Position numbers and translations under genes: made by a program | The notes under the pieces: model-generated | Database searches by the model: none | Told to the model about the DNA's origin: nothing | What the model saw: only the letters and a program-made list of their open reading frames with translations | Virus record (IMG/VR): IMGVR_UViG_3300043436_002028 | Span: 4,547 to 68,546 of that record | Strand: one strand, 5' to 3' | Length of the DNA stretch: 64,000 nt | Source: a virus | Shown: piece by piece, positions 59,481 through 64,000 of the stretch | How positions within the stretch are numbered: the first letter of the stretch is position 1 | Layout of the letters: the number at the start of each line of letters is the position of its first letter

Positions 59481-59738
59481 AACCACTTACTCTTATAGAG
59501 TGTGTCATCTGCTACAGATTGCACAGTGGTTTAGACCTGAGCATAGTCCCTAAACTGCTCGCTATTTCTACAAGGTTAGCCTAGCGACCTACGAAATTCT
59601 ACTACCATTTATTAGGTAATGCGTTTCAAATGCTAGGCACACTTAAGTGCTTTGAGAAGAGTATTTAAGTGTGATATTAAAAAATCTTTAGGCTAGTCGA
59701 GGTTTTGTCTCCTTTTCAGGACTATCCTTTAGGTTTTT
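59481..59738 (+). ncRNA. putative structured non-coding RNA(s)
   Basis: Multibranch stem, H-type pseudoknot and GAGA-tetraloop hairpin with G:U pairs; no ORF in the track. Confidence 0.5.
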
Positions 59739-59739
59739 A

Positions 59740-59769
59740 TTCCCCACGATCACACGTGGGGATTTTTTT
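59740..59769 (+). terminator. intrinsic terminator
   Basis: TCCCCACG-ATCACA-CGTGGGGA followed by TTTTTTT. Confidence 0.8.
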
Positions 59770-59774
59770 CGTAA

Positions 59775-59862
59775 GGAAAGTTGGCAGAGTGGTCTATTGC
59801 GCTAGTCTTGAAAACTAGTGAATCGAAAGGTTCCGTGAGTTCGAATCTCACACTTTCCGCCA
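59775..59862 (+). tRNA. tRNA-Ser(TGA)
   Basis: Acceptor GGAAAGT/ACTTTCC, anticodon loop CTTGAAA, long variable arm, GTTCGAATC, encoded CCA. Confidence 0.93.
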
Positions 59863-59881
59863 TTATTTAACTAGGTAACTT

Positions 59882-60085
59882 ATGAAGAAAATAAAAGTTA
59901 ATAGTCGTACAGAAGAATATGTGGTCAAATTTCAGCTTAAAAACAAAGAAGGCTTTGTTGAACGTAGAGAAGAATCTGTATGGTTCTTTTCTAAGGATAA
60001 ACATAAGCAAGCTGAGAAAGAAATCATAAATAGATATAGAGGACAGGGATATAGAGTCGAAATTATTTCGGTAATTTATCAATAA
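59882..60085 (+). CDS. hypothetical protein
   Basis: Fills the space between two tRNAs. Confidence 0.55.
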   Translation: MKKIKVNSRTEEYVVKFQLKNKEGFVERREESVWFFSKDKHKQAEKEIINRYRGQGYRVEIISVIYQ

Positions 60086-60086
60086 T

Positions 60087-60161
60087 GCTACTTTAGCTCA
60101 GCGGTAGAGCAACTGCCTTGTAAGCAGTAGGTCGTCTGTTCAAATCAGACAAGTAGCACCA
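60087..60161 (+). tRNA. tRNA-Thr(TGT)
   Basis: Acceptor GCTACTT/AAGTAGC, anticodon loop CTTGTAA, encoded CCA. Confidence 0.93.
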
Positions 60162-60177
60162 TCTTTAAGGAGACAAG

Positions 60178-60369
60178 GTGATCTACAGGCCAGGCAGATT
60201 TAAAGTAACAGGGTTCTTAGATAATATCCAAGTAACTGTTGTATTTAAAAATAAAAGTTCAGCAATAAAGCTTGCAAATAAAATTTCAAAAGGTGAAGTT
60301 TATGACATGCAAGAAGGTAAAACTATTTATAGAGTAGAAAAACAACTAAGATTATTTGATAACTTTTAA
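60178..60369 (+). CDS. hypothetical protein
   Basis: RBS AAGGAG with GTG start. Confidence 0.55.
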   Translation: MIYRPGRFKVTGFLDNIQVTVVFKNKSSAIKLANKISKGEVYDMQEGKTIYRVEKQLRLFDNF

Positions 60370-60556
60370 AGACTATTTAAACTCACGATATAAAATAGTC
60401 TGCGCAAGTTGAGTCTCTCAAACTCTAAATCGTACGGCTTTGTATGCCTTGAGAAAGCGTATAAAGCAAGCTGTTGATTGATCATTAAAGATCAGTCTTC
60501 AACCCATAGGGCATTGTGGTCAAGGTCAAAACCTTGCAGTGCTCCTTGGGTTGGAA
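60370..60556 (+). ncRNA. putative structured non-coding RNA
   Basis: Four consecutive hairpins and a possible pseudoknot. Confidence 0.5.
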
Positions 60557-60587
60557 TCTTCCAACGTTAACCAAAGAAAGCCTAAAA

Positions 60588-60959
60588 ATGCCTTCATATA
60601 TTCGTGTAGAGAATGAAAACTATATGGTAGTAACACCTTCTGGACCAATGCTTCAAAGTGGTTTGATTAGTGATGTTCTTACATCTGGTGGAAAACTTAT
60701 TGTAAACATGAATACAGGATTGTTGAGAATTCATCGTCCTGCTAAACGTATTTACCATTTGTGTTTTCCCAATGCACGTAAACAACTGTCAAATGACATT
60801 GAAGTTGCTTTGATTCAGTTAGATGACTTCAAAAACAGTGAAGAATGTTATTTCACAATCACAGAAAAGGATAAAGAAATCTTTAAAACAACTTACATTA
60901 ACCCTAATTGGAATGAATTTGTTCGTCAAGTTAACTATGCAATGAGGAACTTCAAATGA
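60588..60959 (+). CDS. hypothetical protein
   Basis: Start moved to the ATG downstream of the structured segment. Confidence 0.55.
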   Translation: MPSYIRVENENYMVVTPSGPMLQSGLISDVLTSGGKLIVNMNTGLLRIHRPAKRIYHLCFPNARKQLSNDIEVALIQLDDFKNSEECYFTITEKDKEIFKTTYINPNWNEFVRQVNYAMRNFK

Positions 60960-61306
60960 GTATCAAAGATCGAATTCTTAAGGACTGTGTTAGTCGTCTA
61001 GATGCACTTGGACTAGATTACGCAATTATTGATTTTAAAGGCAAGACTATCGGAACTCTAGTGGTTTCTGAAAAGGAAGCAAGAGCGCCTCGTCAAATAC
61101 CTTGGGAAGATCTCTATCACTTTAGTGATATTTTAAAATCTTCCAATATTGGCGATGTATACGAGTTTAAGCCACTAGAAGGTCATTCGCTTAACAGCCT
61201 TCAATCTCAAGTTGCAAGTGCTGCTGTGCGTCTTGTAGGTAAAGGTAATTACGCTACCTGTCGTAATAACGCTAAAAATACGATCGAGTTTATGCGTATT
61301 AAGTAA
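60956..61306 (+). CDS. hypothetical protein
   Basis: RBS GAGG; ATGA overlap. Confidence 0.6.
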   Translation: MSIKDRILKDCVSRLDALGLDYAIIDFKGKTIGTLVVSEKEARAPRQIPWEDLYHFSDILKSSNIGDVYEFKPLEGHSLNSLQSQVASAAVRLVGKGNYATCRNNAKNTIEFMRIK

Positions 61307-61312
61307 TAGCAC

Positions 61313-61389
61313 CTGCCCTTAGCTCAGTTGGATAGAGCAACAGCCTTCTAAGCTGTAGGTCACATGTTCGAATCATGTAGGGCAGGCCA
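61313..61389 (+). tRNA. tRNA-Arg(TCT)
   Basis: Acceptor CTGCCCT/AGGGCAG, anticodon loop CTTCTAA, encoded CCA. Confidence 0.93.
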
Positions 61390-61399
61390 AGGAGATTCT

Positions 61400-61543
61400 A
61401 TGGATAAGTGGAAAAGAGAAGAGTTCTTCTTTTGCTATGAGGTTCTAAAGAATCTCTGGAAAGCTAGAACACCTTCTGAAATTGCAATTGCTAAGAGAGA
61501 TTTATTTAAAGTACGTGCTTTGTACCGTAATATGAATCCTTAA
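61400..61543 (+). CDS. hypothetical protein (47 aa; not in ORF track)
   Basis: RBS AAGGAG; fills the gap between tRNAs. Confidence 0.45.
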   Translation: MDKWKREEFFFCYEVLKNLWKARTPSEIAIAKRDLFKVRALYRNMNP

Positions 61544-61548
61544 TACTT

Positions 61549-61633
61549 GTGCCTGTGGTGAAATAGGTAGACACAACAGACTTAAAATCTGTCGCTGAAA
61601 AGCGTACCGGTTCGATTCCGGTCAGGCACACCA
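61549..61633 (+). tRNA. tRNA-Leu(TAA)
   Basis: Acceptor GTGCCTG/CAGGCAC, anticodon loop CTTAAAA, variable arm, encoded CCA. Confidence 0.93.
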
Positions 61634-61639
61634 TTTAAT

Positions 61640-61716
<77 letters not shown>

Positions 61717-61720
61717 ATTT

Positions 61721-61982
61721 AACTGAAAAGGAAGACAAATGAACAAAGATCAAAGAGATCGAATATCAAAGGCAATTGATTCAATTAGAGAAGCTTTATC
61801 TGAATTTGATGCAATAGCAGGAGAAGAAGATGAGAAAGCCTCAAATCTTCCAGACAATCTCTCTAGCAAGGCAGATGAATACACGGAGAAGGCAGATGTT
61901 CTTCGAAATGCATATGAGTCAATCGAAGATCAACTATCAACAGTCGAATCTGAACTTTAAACTGAAAAGGAAGACAAATGAA
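61721..61982 (+). repeat. 23-bp direct repeat AACTGAAAAGGAAGACAAATGAA (61721-61743 and 61960-61982)
   Basis: Identical RBS + start-codon regions of two adjacent genes. Confidence 0.85.
61739..61960 (+). CDS. hypothetical helical protein
   Basis: MNK..R.......EE.EK..NLP.NL pattern; strong RBS. Confidence 0.65.
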   Translation: MNKDQRDRISKAIDSIREALSEFDAIAGEEDEKASNLPDNLSSKADEYTEKADVLRNAYESIEDQLSTVESEL

Positions 61983-62454
61983 AACAGCAATTACTGAAAA
62001 AGACCGTGATATTATTCAAGCATGGTACTCCGAGGAAGTGACTGATATTAATGCCTTTATTGAAAAGCTTAATAAAGATTATGATCACGATTATGGTACT
62101 ATTTGTCATGCTATCGCAGCAACAGCAGTTCAAGCTGGCAAATTGATGAATAAACAAGAACAAGGCGGTATTACTGGCTTTCAAGCTGGTGCTGTCATGT
62201 GGGAATTTATGCGTAATTGGATGCACTTAGAAGGCCCAATGCGTCTTATGAGTTACAACAAAATGTTGTATCCTCAATATTTTGGTGACTTTGATACAGT
62301 CATTGAAGAAGATGTTTGGAAGTATCTCCAATCAGAAGCTAAGAAAAATTTCGAAACTGTTGAGAATGCAGGTGAGCAAGTTAAAGCTCATTGGAAAAGC
62401 ATTGTAGATGGTATTGTGCCATTTGGCTACGTTGTGAAATTCGAAAGCAGCTAA
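61978..62454 (+). CDS. hypothetical protein
   Basis: HDYGTICHA, GGITGFQAG, MLYPQY, HW..I..G..PFG motifs. Confidence 0.7.
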   Translation: MKTAITEKDRDIIQAWYSEEVTDINAFIEKLNKDYDHDYGTICHAIAATAVQAGKLMNKQEQGGITGFQAGAVMWEFMRNWMHLEGPMRLMSYNKMLYPQYFGDFDTVIEEDVWKYLQSEAKKNFETVENAGEQVKAHWKSIVDGIVPFGYVVKFESS

Positions 62455-62455
62455 T

Positions 62456-62635
62456 ATGTTTATTACTCTTACCAACGCAACAGATAGCAACATTGTAATT
62501 ATAATGCTAAATGCTATTAGGCTGATTACACCTTGTAATGACTTTGAAGACACTATTATTGAGTTTAATAATGGTGATTCTGTTGCAGTAAGTGAATCTG
62601 TTCAAGAAATTCAAAGTAAATTAGCTAAACTTTAA
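62456..62635 (+). CDS. FlbD/SwrD-like small protein (59 aa; not in ORF track)
   Basis: MFITLT.......I....I..I......T.I...NG....V.ES..EI pattern. Confidence 0.5.
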   Translation: MFITLTNATDSNIVIIMLNAIRLITPCNDFEDTIIEFNNGDSVAVSESVQEIQSKLAKL

Positions 62636-62637
62636 AC

Positions 62638-62694
62638 AAACCCTCACAAGTGTCCTTAATTGGATGCTTGTGAGGGTTTTATTTTTTATTTTTT
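62638..62694 (+). terminator. intrinsic terminator
   Basis: AAACCCTCACAAGTGTCC-loop-GGATGCTTGTGAGGGTTT followed by a T-tract. Confidence 0.8.
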
Positions 62695-62699
62695 CAATC

Positions 62700-63899
62700 A
62701 TGAACAATTACGGACTTCCAGTAAAAATTGGCTATGAGCCTGAGACATATGTTCAAATCGGTGAAGTTAAGTTTAATAGATTTGCTCAATTTATTAACAC
62801 TAAAGAAATCTTAAAAGCTGCAAATGTGATGGATGAGATACGCTCAGAAGTTATGACAAATCTTCCTAATAGTCCTAGAGGAAAATACGACGCAGCAAAT
62901 TATACTAAGACATTTAACAAAGCTATTTTTAATAAATTAAGAACATCTCAAGCAAAATTTAAAAAGCTTGTTAATGCTAAATTTTATGAAGCTTTCGTTA
63001 AACCAATTCCAAACGACATTCGTTTAAAGTTTTGTTTTGGTGCTAATAGAAACATTAGTAGAAATAAACTAGAAGCTGTAACTTCTAATCTAGCCTTGAT
63101 AAAGCAAGCAATCTCGGATAACAATGTTAATATTATTCCATTTATCCTTTTGTTTGAAAAGGATACTTCAGAGTTAAAAAGTCTATTAGGCAGCTTTGTT
63201 TGGAAAACACTTTGTAAAAACAGTCTTAGTAGAAATAAAATGCTTGCAGACTATGTTAAAAGACATGTCGGTCACAAGAAAGAAAATCTTAAAGCTGAAA
63301 CATTAAAAGATATTATTAATGTACCAACAACTCTGTTAGGTACGTGGAATATTAATGTAGATCCTAAGTGTCTGATATTTTTATCACTTAATTGTAAAGG
63401 TTCTTGGTCAAAACGAAAGACACTAGAACCAGTAGTTCAGCTTTATTATGATACAGATCGACTTTTAAACAATGATAAAGACATATTTAAGTGGTCTTTA
63501 AGACGTCTTCGTGAAGAGCATGAGACAATTGTAAGAAAAGCAATGGCCGCTGAATATAGTACAGCTATGTTTGAATGGGCCGATAAACTTAATATCGGAG
63601 AGTTTGGATATAAGGGTTATACGGTAAGGCCATTATTATCTGCTTTTGAGATAGGTGTAGAAGGCACATCAATGCGTCATTGTGCTGGTGGCTATGCTAC
63701 ACATTCAGCACAAGGTCGTTATTTAGTGTTCTCTGTTTGTAAAGGTATTGAAAAGTACAGTACAATTGGAATGTATATGAATGACGACATGACAGTCAGA
63801 TTTCAACAACAATATAGAGCATTTAATGCTGAACTGCCTGGAGATGATCCAGCAAAAGAAATACCTTCATTCATTGAAAGTGTTTTGAACATAAATTAA
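62700..63899 (+). CDS. PcfJ-like domain protein
   Basis: C-terminal EG..M.HC.GGY......G....FS........TI.......Q.....N. Confidence 0.7.
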   Translation: MNNYGLPVKIGYEPETYVQIGEVKFNRFAQFINTKEILKAANVMDEIRSEVMTNLPNSPRGKYDAANYTKTFNKAIFNKLRTSQAKFKKLVNAKFYEAFVKPIPNDIRLKFCFGANRNISRNKLEAVTSNLALIKQAISDNNVNIIPFILLFEKDTSELKSLLGSFVWKTLCKNSLSRNKMLADYVKRHVGHKKENLKAETLKDIINVPTTLLGTWNINVDPKCLIFLSLNCKGSWSKRKTLEPVVQLYYDTDRLLNNDKDIFKWSLRRLREEHETIVRKAMAAEYSTAMFEWADKLNIGEFGYKGYTVRPLLSAFEIGVEGTSMRHCAGGYATHSAQGRYLVFSVCKGIEKYSTIGMYMNDDMTVRFQQQYRAFNAELPGDDPAKEIPSFIESVLNIN

Positions 63900-63903
63900 T
63901 AAA

Positions 63904-63956
63904 CCCTCTACTGACCCTTTATGGGTTGGTAGAGGGAAATTTCTTTTTTTTTTTTT
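63904..63956 (+). terminator. intrinsic terminator
   Basis: CCCTCTACTGACCC-TTTAT-GGGTTGGTAGAGGG followed by a long T-tract. Confidence 0.75.
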
Positions 63957-64000
63957 CGAGGATAATATGGAATGGTGTGATCGTAAACTAGTAGTGAGTC

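Overview
A 64-kb piece of an AT-rich, probably lytic, long-tailed dsDNA phage (siphovirus morphotype), with all credible genes on the + strand. The order is: side tail-fibre module (1-8.3 kb), portal, head genes, connector, tail tube, frameshifted chaperones, a 2609-aa tape measure protein, tail tip and a 2559-aa central fibre, then lysis (37.6-38.6 kb). Small early-type genes and a T7-like RNA polymerase follow (38.7-44.2 kb). Next comes a T7-like replication and nucleotide module (SSB, PolA, exonuclease, primase-helicase, class II RNR, ligase), a nucleotidyltransferase/DHH pair, and a five-tRNA cluster interleaved with structured non-coding segments. The main highlight is the minor head protein gene downstream of the portal (10421-15049): a MuF/SPP1-gp7 domain fused to a T7-like RNA polymerase that retains all catalytic motifs, making it a candidate virion-packaged RNAP. 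A second, stand-alone RNAP is also present. Two distinct motifs each occur four times upstream of genes (CCCGTTAAATTAACCC and TTG-N11-GTATCTTATATGA), consistent with a two-polymerase, two-promoter transcription cascade. All calls come from motif recognition by eye; no database searches were run.
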